NCBI GenBank assembly: GCA_004022145.1
Contig: RCNU01000001.1
From: Paecilomyces variotii
Taxonomy: Eukaryota
Reading direction: 5' to 3' (one strand)
Length of the DNA: 64,000 bases
The position numbers and the translations under genes were made by a program. Below, piece by piece: positions 1 to 10,866 of this stretch (position 1 is the first letter of the stretch; each line of letters opens with the position of its first letter). The notes below the pieces were generated by a model. The model had not been told where the DNA came from. It did not search any database and saw only the letters and a program-made list of their open reading frames with translations.

Positions 1-461
1 CTCGCGTTCACCCCGAGGCCGGTAGTCCAATGGGAAGTATGGGCATGGCAAGTGCGCTCGTAAAGGGTTACGGGGACTTTATGTATAGGTTCCCACCCAG
101 TGAGTGAATTTCCAACTCTCTCTCTCTCTCTCTTATACTGTTCTAACGGTATTCAGTGTGGTATGTGAGTGTCGAAGATGTAGCATACCTTCACATTGCC
201 GCTCTTCTTCATCCAGACCTAAAGCTGGAACGCATTTTTGCTATGGCAGCACCGTTCAACTGGACTGATGTTGTGGAGATCATTCGCAAACTCCAACCGG
301 ATAACGATAAGATTCCAGATCCACCAGCTGACGAAGGCCGCTGTCTGCACGAGTTCCTCGAGGCTGGCAAGGCAGAGAAGCTTTTACAGGAATTCTGTGG
401 ACGGTCTGGTTGGACCTCGTTGGAGGATTGCCTTGTTGTTGGATTGCCAACATACGACTGA
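1..461 (+). CDS. 3' part of an NAD(P)-dependent epimerase/aldehyde reductase II-like SDR (5' end outside window)
   Basis: Intron 100-156 (GTGAGT..CTAAC..CAG) joins ..FPP-M-WYVSVEDVAYLHIAALL..ERIFAMAAPFNW..GWTSLED, the typical C-terminus of fungal aldehyde reductase II/DFR-like enzymes; stop at 461. Confidence 0.75.
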
Positions 462-564
462 TAGTATATTGAGAATGAGATGGATTTTTAAAGCTAAGTG
501 GGAACTATTTGACGCGTTCCTGGTTTCTCAAGCGCAAATAGAACCTCCTACGTAGTACGGAGTA

Positions 565-725
565 ATATTTATTTCTATTTATTACTTAAAAGAGTGTAAA
601 AAAATAACTAAAGTATCTATATATTAAATTGTATTTAAACTATTTAATTGTAGTTAAGTTATAAAGGTTTAATTTTACTAATTTTCTATAGGGAAAATGT
701 GGTCGTCAGCTGACTAAACACGGTA
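565..725. mobile_element. Short AT-rich transposon relic ending in a Fot1/pogo-type TIR end plus TA
   Basis: 702-723 GTCGTCAGCTGACTAAACACGG followed by TA matches 31170-31191 (right TIR of the element below) at 21/22 nt; 565-690 is extremely AT-rich and TpA-rich. Confidence 0.75.
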
Positions 726-1021
726 TTCTGCCATAGTTAGATGTAGTCTATGATGTCGCCTTCGACCCGCCATATCTACATAGTTTCGGGTAGATAGCTT
801 TCTTCAAGAATCAACATGCATCACACAGTATTTTGACAGTCTTCTCACACCGCTACCAACCAGCCGTCACTATCAACCAGTCGTCCATCTGCCGCTGTCC
901 GCTACATGTGTTACGTCTTTTACTGCTGCGACTCGATCTGATCCTGTCATTATTAAGTTATTCGTTCCAGTCAGTCAACGAGCAGATTGATCTATATTGC
1001 GAGGTCCATTTCATCACAGCC

Positions 1022-2256
1022 ATGTCCTCATCACAGGAAGGACGTGCCGTAGAGGCAACGGCTCGTATGACTTTAGATGAGATGCTCGCAAAATACCCAA
1101 AGCGTTCCGTTGAACAGGCCGTGATCCACAGGAACTACAAGGAGTATGGACTCTTATTCCCCCCTGTGAATGTCTAATCCACCTTTTGACGTCTAATAGA
1201 GGAAGAGAACAGACGATTCGCAAGTTTGAGGAACAGATCTGTCGAGGGATTCACGTCGAAACATGCATGGCGGGACTGAAGGGTTTCTTGGAGAATACGC
1301 CGCCAGCACCCCCGTATGAATCTGTCTCCGAAATCCGTGTCCGCCGCTAATAAACAGGATAGGTTCGATCCAGAAGAGCCCGAAGACTTGGATGAAGACG
1401 TCCAGTGGCGGCTTCGAGTCCTCAAATACATGGATCGCGTTGGAGAGGGTTCTGATGCGGGTTCTGATGAGAGAGACTTGAAAAATCGTAACGCCATAGT
1501 GAAAGCTTATCGTCAACAGAAGCTGAAGGTACAAGATGGTCAGATTACGGTGTGGTTTGCAGGCCACATGGTCATGGGTCCATTGTCACAGCGTGATTTT
1601 GACTTTCAAGATATCATCGACGATATATCCAAGTGGACAGAACAGTATGGGCCGGGTCGTATCTGGGTTGAGGACGTATGCCATCCTGATATTATAAGAT
1701 TTAAAGGTTCTGACATATTCAATAGGCTACTCTACCTCTCGCAAAAATGCAATCAGCGGCCATTGCGCCGTATGGGCAATGTTTACAACACGTGGTGTGT
1801 TGAATTATGTCCTTATTTTATTTATCTGATTCTCATCACATGTAGCATGAAATAAGGGCCCGCTTGATAGGAACAGTTCAATTTATAACTTTGCAGAATA
1901 TTCTAGATGATACAGGTTCGACATATCTTGAACTATTTCGTGGCGACGACTGTCAGCAGCTTGGTCTTACTCCAAATTATCAGTTCTCGAGGGGCCAGGC
2001 AACATTATCTACCGCGAACGGTTTCGTACAAAGGCTATTGATTGAACTCGAAGTACAGCTTCTTATAAATGGAGCTCCCTTTGGAGATACTGCTAGAGTC
2101 ACTGCCTGTATCACGCCTGGCTATGGGGGAAATGAGTTGCGGTGCTCTGGAATGTTTCTTCGTAGCCAGTTCTTTACTGCTACTTCTCCCTATAGTGGTG
2201 ACTTGTATGTTTCTGATCGAAAGACTGGTGTTACGAGGCCTCTTCCGGCAGCTTAG
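1022..2256 (+). CDS. Hypothetical protein (~342 aa) with C-terminal retropepsin/clan AA aspartyl protease-like domain
   Basis: Exons 1022-1143, 1200-1313, 1363-1675, 1726-1794, 1846-2256 splice in frame via GT-AG introns. C-terminus has ILDDTGST..LGL..LSTANG..V..RCSGMFL. Confidence 0.65.
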
Positions 2257-4366
2257 TATAGTGGGACTCAGCTTTCCGGGATGGCTAAAAAGGGGGTTCT
2301 ACTGACACTGTCACGTGTAAATAAACACGCAATCTCGTTATCCTCATGTTACTTCGGCATATTGCTTCATTTGAATCCTCGAAATTCGACAGAGGTCCCT
2401 GACATGGGACTTCATATCTGCCGTGTTAGATAAAGTGTGAGGACAGATAAAGGGGAGAAGATCATGACATTATCACTCCCTATCCAAGGAAGGAGCGGTG
2501 TTTGATATTCTCATACTTATCCTTCCCTTAAGTCACCTTATAACGCCATGCAAATGAAAGTGACCATCATCGGGTAGGCTGGCACAGGTTGGCCGTCTGA
2601 TCCCGAGATCATCCGACAAGTCGCTAGTTATTTACATTCCCCAATCCCCCAAGTCTTCCTCTGCTCTGGCCTTGTGAGCAGTGTGGCCGAAAAAAAGGAA
2701 TAGAGAGGAGACTCCAGATGACTAGACGCATTATTATCGCCTGGGTCTCCCTCTTCATCGATATTGTTATACATGGATTCGTCTTGACGTCGGATCTTCA
2801 GCATTAGGGCTCTTCAAGCACGGTAAATTTGCTGCTGCTCTCCAGTGCGCAGTGCACTTATTGACTGGATCGCCGAATCGGGTACTGCCGAGGAAGCATC
2901 ATTGGGGGGCCACGAGCGCGGAGCCAGGCGTCGTTGTGTGGTCCTTCGTTTCGGATAACGCTGCCAATGGACATAAAGAGACTAAATGATTCCCGCAAAT
3001 GTCAGTTGGCTTCTGCATGCGAACTGTGAAAAAAGCACCAGGGAAACTGCGCGAAGAGGGATTTCTCGACGTACCCGAAGGTTGCACCTGAGCCAAGCAT
3101 GTACTTGCCCAGCGTGCGCATAACACCGTTGGGTCCAGCTCCGTATTGGAAAATGGTGACGGTTCCTATATTTCGAACGTCAGCATCCTGTGCACCTTTG
3201 AAAACGTTTCCCTGTCGAGGCTTCTGTTACTGACCAACAATAAAGCCCATGATTGCGCCAACAGCTGTCAGATCGTCATCAGTGAGTGTCTGCCATGGTC
3301 TTTGGTAGGTGCGACGTACATCCGCCCATCAAGGCACCCATTTTCACTACACGTATATGTCAGTCTGACGATTCTAGCACAGTCCATAACTCGAGTCAAT
3401 TGAAACAAGCAAAGGGGACATATCCCACGGAGAAATGTGCTAGGTAGGTAGCTATAGCTTGTAGACACTTACTCTTGTCAATGGTGGAGGGGCCGCGGCC
3501 CGGAGCAGGAGCTGCCACGATAGACATTTCGAGATAGAAAAGAAAACGAGACGAGGGACAGAATGATTGCTAGAAGCCAGTGATGCAGAATCGTATGAAA
3601 TGAAGACGAACTCGAAGCATCTATCTAAGTATTATTCTTTCTATTCTATCCAGAACGGGAGCCATCCGGGTCTGCCGCGCCCGCCGTAGCGGCAGCTCGC
3701 TTAGGGTCACGTGCGGTGTCAGCCTCAGGCGAAGACAAGTCAAGTCAGAGAGAGCGTGACCCCTTCTCCCGCAGTTGTGGCCAACCCATGGATCCCCGAT
3801 CCTTACGTCTTCTGAGCATCCCCAGACTGTATCGTTGCTGAGCTGCTTACCTCCGAGTCTGCGCAAGGCGTGTCAGGGTCCTCGTGTGGCCGGCCGTCTG
3901 TTGTTAGTTTACGCTCATCCCTTTGGCAAGCTTTTCCGGCGGCTATTCCAGGAAACGACACCTGGATCGGATTCCGTCTCTACACGCAGAGATATATGCC
4001 ACCGACCGCCGTGAATCCGTCTCCCAAGTGGTAAGTTTGGCATCATGCTCCTGGCTGAGATATCGAAAGATCGAACCGCGCCGGCCTGGGCGACAGGCAT
4101 ATGCAGGCTGGTACAGAACACTAACGCTAAGATCTGTTGACAGTGCAGCGACCGCTCTATCGCGTCTTGCCTCGGGTTTGGCGCTTGCTTCCTAAAGTAT
4201 CCCTATGATCGTCGAGACCGTCCGTCTACCGCTCAGACTGCAGCGTCCTTCAGTCTCGGCTGCTGCGCCGTGAGTGACGTTTCATCTGGCCCGGGAGAGG
4301 ACGGTTCACCAGAACCCCGGTAGCAATATCGTTGATATTCTTCTTTTGTCCTGACCCTTCCTACCC

Positions 4367-6651
4367 ATGACTGCTGTAGCGTCTCCGCCGAGTGTGCAGT
4401 CCGGGCCTCGTCTAGGATGGTATGCTTCTGGTAACGGAGGACAGGGAAGTCTGACTTCAGTGAACGCGGACGAGGTATCGCGCATGTTCATGCCACGGAA
4501 GAGCGTACAGAGATCCAACTCTTCATCCTCGATATCGTCAACTTCGTCGACGTCTACGGTCGCCGCAGCTTCTCAATCGAGTAATGGTGGACAGCACCCG
4601 GGCAGTGAAGGAGGAACCTACTCATCGAAAAAGAAACCCTCGAGAGGTCTTTGGCCGAGCTCAAAAGCGGAACCCGTCTCTGGCGTGACAAACGCTCGGT
4701 CACAAGCCGTCCCAGCGCCGTCATCTGGGCCTACGGCTTCGTCGGCCATGTCTGCCATCCATCAGCCGTCGCCGATAGTGCCATCCCAGCATATGCTCCA
4801 GTCCGCACAGCAAAATGGCATCCACCCGGGGGTTGGGCCATCAAATGACCCGCCGGCAGTTCTGACGCTCCTGCCTCTCAATGGCACTTTCGAGAGAAAA
4901 CAGATAAATGTCCCATACTTCCCCGAAGTTCTGCGAGTGGGTCGTCAGACGAACGCGAAGACAGTTCCGACTCCTGTCAACGGATATTTCGACTCAAAAG
5001 TTCTTTCTAGACAGCATGCAGAGATATGGGCTGATAGAAGCGGAAAGATTTGGATCAGGGATGTAAAATCCTCCAACGGCACCTTCGTCAACGGACAACG
5101 CCTCTCCCCAGAAAATCGCGATTCTGAACCTCATGAACTCCGCGAAGGTGATACGTTGGAATTGGGAATTGATATTGTGAGCGAAGATCAGAAATCTATC
5201 GTTCATCACAAAGTTTCGGCGAAGGTCGAGTATGCTGGTATATATGGGTCGAATCCCAACATTCTCGACCTGAACTTTGGGGACATCGATCCTACGTCGG
5301 GCGGAGGCCTTCTGCCCTCCCCCATCAGCCAATCCTTGGCCCATCTTCGTGGAAGGCCCGGCAGTTCAATGAGTAATCGGAGTGCTCAGAGTGCCGCTAG
5401 CAGCCAAATCAGCGCGCTACATCAGCAGCGCCAGATGAATTATTGGGTCTCGCCGATCAGCATTGAACAGGTCGTCAAAAGGCTCTCGGTATGTTTGCTG
5501 TATAGCAGTTCAGGAACCGTCAAGCTGACAACATTTAGAATGAAATGAAGCAGGCAAAGCAGCAGACCCAGGATCTACGGCAAACTGACGACTTCCTCAA
5601 TGCGCTCATCACTCATGACAATTCCGACAAAGAAAAGGCTAGGCCGGTTTCGCTCGAGAATAACTCTACTCGTCAGACGAATGGAAGGCCAAAGGTGCCA
5701 CGGCTTGATCCAATTTCAAGATTTACTGATCCGCCTGCACCGCCTCCTCAGCAGCCCTTGCCTGAGAAACCGGATGCGCCAACTCGTGCAGCTAGTGACT
5801 CCATATCCAGTCTGAAACGTTCTGATACAGAGAAGCCGAAGCTCTCAGGTGGAAATTCACCTATGGCTCGGGAATCGAGCCAGGTTCTTTCTCTAATCGA
5901 AGCACTATCATCCGCCAAGAAAGAGTTAGATTCACAAGGTGCTCGCGTGAAAGAACTTGAACTTTTGCTCCTTCAAGAACGATCAGCCCGTGAAAATGCC
6001 GAGGAAAGAGCTCGAAAGCTAGAAATACAAGCCTCGAGGGATGGCCAGCCCTCGGAGGTCGAGGCTGCGTTCGAACCACCGAATGAGAAGGAAGAGAAAA
6101 GTACGAGCGAAGAGCTACCGCACGAGAAGGCCTCCGTTGTCGATGGCCTTAGCCCATCTCAAGTTGCTGATGTCCCTGAAATAAACGGCGAGGTGCCGTC
6201 TGTGGACCCTTCGCCCAAGCAACTGCAGCAGCGTTTGGATAATATGGTTGCCGAAATGGAAGAGATGAAGCAGCAGGTGGAGAGCTTTAAGAAGCGAGCG
6301 GAACAAGCAGAGCAAGACAAACAGGAGGCACGAAAATCACTCGCAGAAATGATCGAAACATTGCGGCGTGAGCGCGAAGAAGCTACTCGCGCAACGGATC
6401 ATAAGTCAGAAAAAGGCATCCCTGACCGTACAGCATCTGAAGATGCTCCAGACCCTATTGCTCAATCCCGTCGTTCTGTCACTAGCCACCAGGTCAAGGA
6501 GCTCGAAAATGCATCCACTGCATTCGCGACGCAGCACCATCGAGACGATGTTTTGGTTCAATCAAGCCCTTATGCGTCCATGCTTGGTGTTGTTCTTCTT
6601 GGTGTCGGCATCATGGCTTATCTTAACGGTTGGCAGAAGATGGACAAATAG
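4367..6651 (+). CDS. VPS64: FHA-domain, coiled-coil, C-terminal TM protein (Vps64/Far9/Far10, SLMAP-like STRIPAK subunit)
   Basis: FHA motifs GRQTN..FDSKVLSRQHA..DVKSSNGTFVNG; intron 5489-5538; coiled coils; tail anchor YASMLGVVLLGVGIMAYLNGW. Confidence 0.9.
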
Positions 6652-7974
6652 TTGTCCGCTTGTCAAGCTGTCGGGAATGTTCAGCTGCTGGCTTGTCAGT
6701 TTGATTCATTCAATAGAGGCATCACCGGTGGGGCAGCCGGTTCGAAATTCTAGTGCTTTTTGACACATCTGCTTTTCACCATTAGCAGCATTGTGCTGTT
6801 ACCTGTTCACAAAGCGTTTTAGTGGTTGCTCTCGGGGTTTGAGGAGTTTGCTCGGTTCCTATTATTCTAATCAGCGCCGGCCTTCTAGAAGCATTCGCTT
6901 TGTTTCATCTTTTTAGTTTCTAATGTCGTTCCGTGCTCCAGTCATGATCCCCTGGTAGCAAGGACTCGATACGTTCCAGCATTTGCTGTATGTTTCTTCC
7001 TGTTTCCTGTTTATCGTTCGGGGCCAATGCCTGAATTGGCCCCATACCAGCGTGTGTACTACACTGTTCTCTCCTTGCCACTATTTGTGACCTCATCCAG
7101 TAAGAGGATCTGCTCGGCGGCCTCTTTGTCGACATCTTTTCTCCTTTGTGTGTACATGATCGGAAAAAACGGGTATGCGATGACACGGGAAATCTCTTTG
7201 GACCGAACCTCTTCTGTTTTTGTTTGTTTTTCGCTTTCTCTCCCCCCACTTTTTTCTTTACTTTTCTTGTTGAAGAGCTTTTATCAGACTTTGTTCGGAG
7301 TCTGGGTGGTGAAGGTTTCGACATATGTATTTGCCAATTATTACAGATGAGTCTGAAAGTGAGTTATCACATAACAGCCTTATTCATTTCTTCATTCGTC
7401 TCTCCATAGATACTCTAGAAACGATTGGGTTGTAAATACTCGCATGAGGACGAGGAAGTTTTGTTCGTCCTATCACTCCTGATATATTGAGACCAGTTGA
7501 GCTGAGCCCCAAGACACCAATTTACCCTGTCGTAAAGGTCATCATAGTGCGCCTCGAACTAGGGTCCCTAACGGCAAGTGAGAGCGGTGGAAATTGGTTC
7601 TATATCGTTACCGCATTTAGAGATGAGCGCCTCGTTGTCTGTCCCAGGATCCGACCGGGATGGCGCCGTCAGTTCGTCCTCTGATGCCAAACGTCGGCAT
7701 AGACGTGATTGAGTGTCAGATTGCCTGATACGCACAGGCATGAACATCCCTTTGCTCGAGGAAGCTGTAGCTGATGAATAAGTTCCACAGACATTGTGGA
7801 CGATAGACCGCTGGACTAATATCCGGCAGCATGATAACGGCGAATGCTGTGGGCGCTACGCCTGTTTTCCATCAAGTCTCTTATCCCAGTACGGAACGAC
7901 ACGATGTACCCATGGACGAGGATCGCCATGATCATTCGGTATTTGTCGACTCCTTGATGCTGCAACTGCGATCT

Positions 7975-8808
7975 TCACTTGAGCGTGATAGCGATCTCGA
8001 CCATGTTCACCCATCGTGTTCGAGATTCGGGCAATTCCACATCACCAGAAACGGCCGCCTTTGCGCGTCGCTTTCTTTTCTTCGACGGCTGCTTCGATGG
8101 AGCAGCAGCTTCCGATTCCGCAGGGCGAGTCGCATCTTCGCCGATCGCAGTCCCATCCTTCTTATCATCATCACCACTTTCCTCCCCTATCTTCTCCTTC
8201 TCCATCTCTTTCCTCTTCGCCTCCTCATCCTCCACAATATCATCAACAACCAACACCGTCCCCGTCTTCACTCGCACCTCATACTCCTCCTCTTTCTCCT
8301 CAAACCACCTCCCCACACTCAAAGCCCTCTCAATCGCTCTCCCAGTCGCCTTGATGAAAACCTCCTCTTTCCTCAACGCCTCCTGACCCTTCGCTAGACG
8401 CGCCAGCTTCTCTTTCTCACTGATCTTGTTATTGCCCAGGTCCACGCCCGCAGTGGCTCGTTTCTCAGCATGGCGCAGCATTTTCTGGACGCGCTTCACG
8501 ACGCTCATGAAGGGAGTGTTTGTGCCGACGTAGATGACTTTGGGTACGGAGGATCCAGCGTATGGGGACGCGACTGGGGGGTGGGGGATTGGTCGTTTCT
8601 GCACGCGGGCATCTTGGATAGTGTAAGCGTTGGGGTTTTAATTAAATCCATTCCCATCTGGGAAGAAACCAGCAGTGGATATTGTATAGAATATTAGAAA
8701 TGAAACGATATGAAACAAAATAAACGTACATTTTGGAAGTCTCACAAGATCTTTATTCTTCTTCTCAAATTGCAGATCTTTGCTGAGAAGCTTCTCTTTT
8801 GCCGCCAT
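7975..8808 (-). CDS. POP7: RNase P/MRP subunit Pop7/Rpp20 (Alba fold)
   Basis: Exon 8808-8730, intron 8729-8613, exon 8612-7975; motifs KVIYVGTNTPFMSVVKRVQKML, VFIKATGRAIERALSVG, VKTGTVLVVDD, RTRWVNMVEIAI. Confidence 0.85.
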
Positions 8809-9648
8809 GACGGAGGTAAACGGAGAAAAAAGGATCAAAAGAATCCCTGCTAAGTCTCGTGGGGATTCGTCGCAAGACTGTCTCGGAGATAATAGTTAAC
8901 TTGATAATCAGTAATCCCCTCTCAGAAGAATAAGAAATCTGGGATGTTGTTTTGCGCGAATAAATCAACCCTGGAGAATCGGCATGAATTAGTCTATGGT
9001 ACAAGGGTGAATTCTGCCGCTTTTCTCCGCCAAACTCTCTTCGTTTCACGTGTTGGTAGTCTAGTAGTAGTAGGATTAAGTATGGGGGTTCAGGAGTTTT
9101 ATATTTATATCCGACACGTTCTAGGTCTGATCGCCGGTTTAACTTGGTTGATAATTATGTGGTTGATTTATTTTGGGGAATGAGGAATACTGAGCTGTTG
9201 GTCTACTTACTACCGTAGTACCTATATATTTCCTAACTCCTACGGGTAATAGCATCATGCAGTGAGTACGAAACAAGTTCGTATCTCTCATTCCATATAG
9301 ATATACTGCGATGGATATAATCCATCAAAAAGAACAAGAAGCTCATGAAAGACGAAATGAAATTTCCAGTGATATACGGTAAAAAGTACAAGTTCCCATC
9401 AAAAGCGCATTATCCTCCCAAAGTCCCACAAGGCTATCCCCTATATCCCGTCCATGCTTTCCCATGGACAAAGTGGTATTTCTGAGCTGCCATGGCTCTA
9501 AACACGATCCAAACCCAACGTGATTGTAGCATTGGTTTCGTCGCTCGGGAGCCATGGTCTATAGCACGGTGAATGATAGACCTAGGTCATGCAGGTCCTA
9601 TTGATAATGCATCACAGCCACCCTCAACTCGAGATCTTATCATGCCGT

Positions 9649-10866
9649 TTACGCAATGAACTCTCTTACGGCGAAGCGTCCTCGGCCACGGCGACCGCCT
9701 CCAAAGCCTCCAAAGCCTCCAAAGCCTCCAAAGCCACCATGCTGGCCACCTTGACCGCCCTGGCCGCCCTGAGCTTGGTTGTTTTGACCATTGTTTCCGC
9801 CCTGACCACTGTTTCCGCCCTGAGCCTGGCTGCTCTGACCACTCTTGGCAGCGCTGCTGGAACTGCTGCTAGCAGCGCTGCTACCAGTGCTGCTACCAGC
9901 GTTGTTCTGGGCATTCTGCTGGTTGTTGCTGCTCTGGCCAACAGTGAACTTCTGGCAGTCATCCTGGGCACCACGTTGCGCAACCTAGCAAAAAGCCGTT
10001 AGCCAAAATCACCCTTCCATCTAGACAAAACTATTCAAACTTACAGGCATCAGAACGGGCTGGTGGTTAGCAGACGAAGTCATGGTGCAGACACGGTAGA
10101 CACCAGCAGGGAGGCCTCCAGCAACATCGGCTGATAGACCGCCATTTCCATCTCCGGCATCGTTGATACCCTTGAAGAAGGCGAATTGCGTTGCGTCAGG
10201 AGGTTGTTGAGTGTTGACGTCGTTCCCGAGAGACTGGATGGTGACATGGGTGTGACCGACGACCTTACCACCCTGCAAAGCCTGAGGGGCGGCATAGTAG
10301 GTGTTATCCGGGTTTGTGAAAGTACCAGCTTGAAGGTTGTCGACTTGCAAATTGACTTGGAAGTCCTGGTTAGCTGGGATATCCTGCATAGCTTGTGGGT
10401 TCGTAATAATGGTCGAGATCATGTTGCTCTGTGCTGGAATATCTCCCATAACTGTAAAAAGTGTCAGCCATAGTTCACGAGTATAATCAAATGACGGTGA
10501 GACAAACCAATTCCACTGCAGGAGCCCTGCTTCAATTGCTGACCGTTGGTCAGAGTCTTTCCGGAACAGAAGTTGATGAAGTTGGCATTGTCCCTAAGTC
10601 TAGTCAGCAACGATCTTTTTGGTCATGGGGTTATCAACTTACGTTACAGAGGCCGCTGTTCCAGGGTCTGCAGAGGAGTCAAGTCCGTTGGATTGACTCC
10701 CTTTCTGGACATTGTTCGGATCCAGTGCGAGGTCACTGCTACTGCTTCCGCCGTTGTCGTTGTTGTCGTTGTTGTCATTGTTGTCATTGTCATTATTACC
10801 GGCCAACGCGACGTTCAATGCGCTGGTAGAGGCCAGCAAGACCAGGAGGAGGTTCTTGTAGAACAT
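9649..10866 (-). CDS. Secreted protein of unknown function with a conserved Cys-containing core and N/D-, Q/G- and GGF/RGG-rich low-complexity ends
   Basis: Signal peptide MFYKNLLLVLLASTSALNVALA; introns 10642-10594, 10507-10452, 10044-9985; core NFINFC..TLTNGQQ..GSCSGIVMGDIP..GHTHVT..FFKGINDAG..NHQPVLMPVAQRGAQDDC; ends ..GGRRGRGRFAVREFIA*. Confidence 0.85.
9698..9735. repeat. Coding tandem repeat (CCTCCAAAG)x~4 encoding GGF repeats on the minus strand
   Basis: Directly visible: cctccaaagcctccaaagcctccaaagcctccaaagcc. Confidence 0.9.

Noticed and set aside
2421-2432. CCGTGTTAG resembling the TIR start, which would bracket the protease-like gene
   Set aside because: Short, no TA target site, and orientation relative to the 702-723 end does not enclose the gene.
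7831-8397. Long + strand ORFs (188 and 135 aa)
   Set aside because: Antisense shadows of the POP7 CDS; low-complexity translations.
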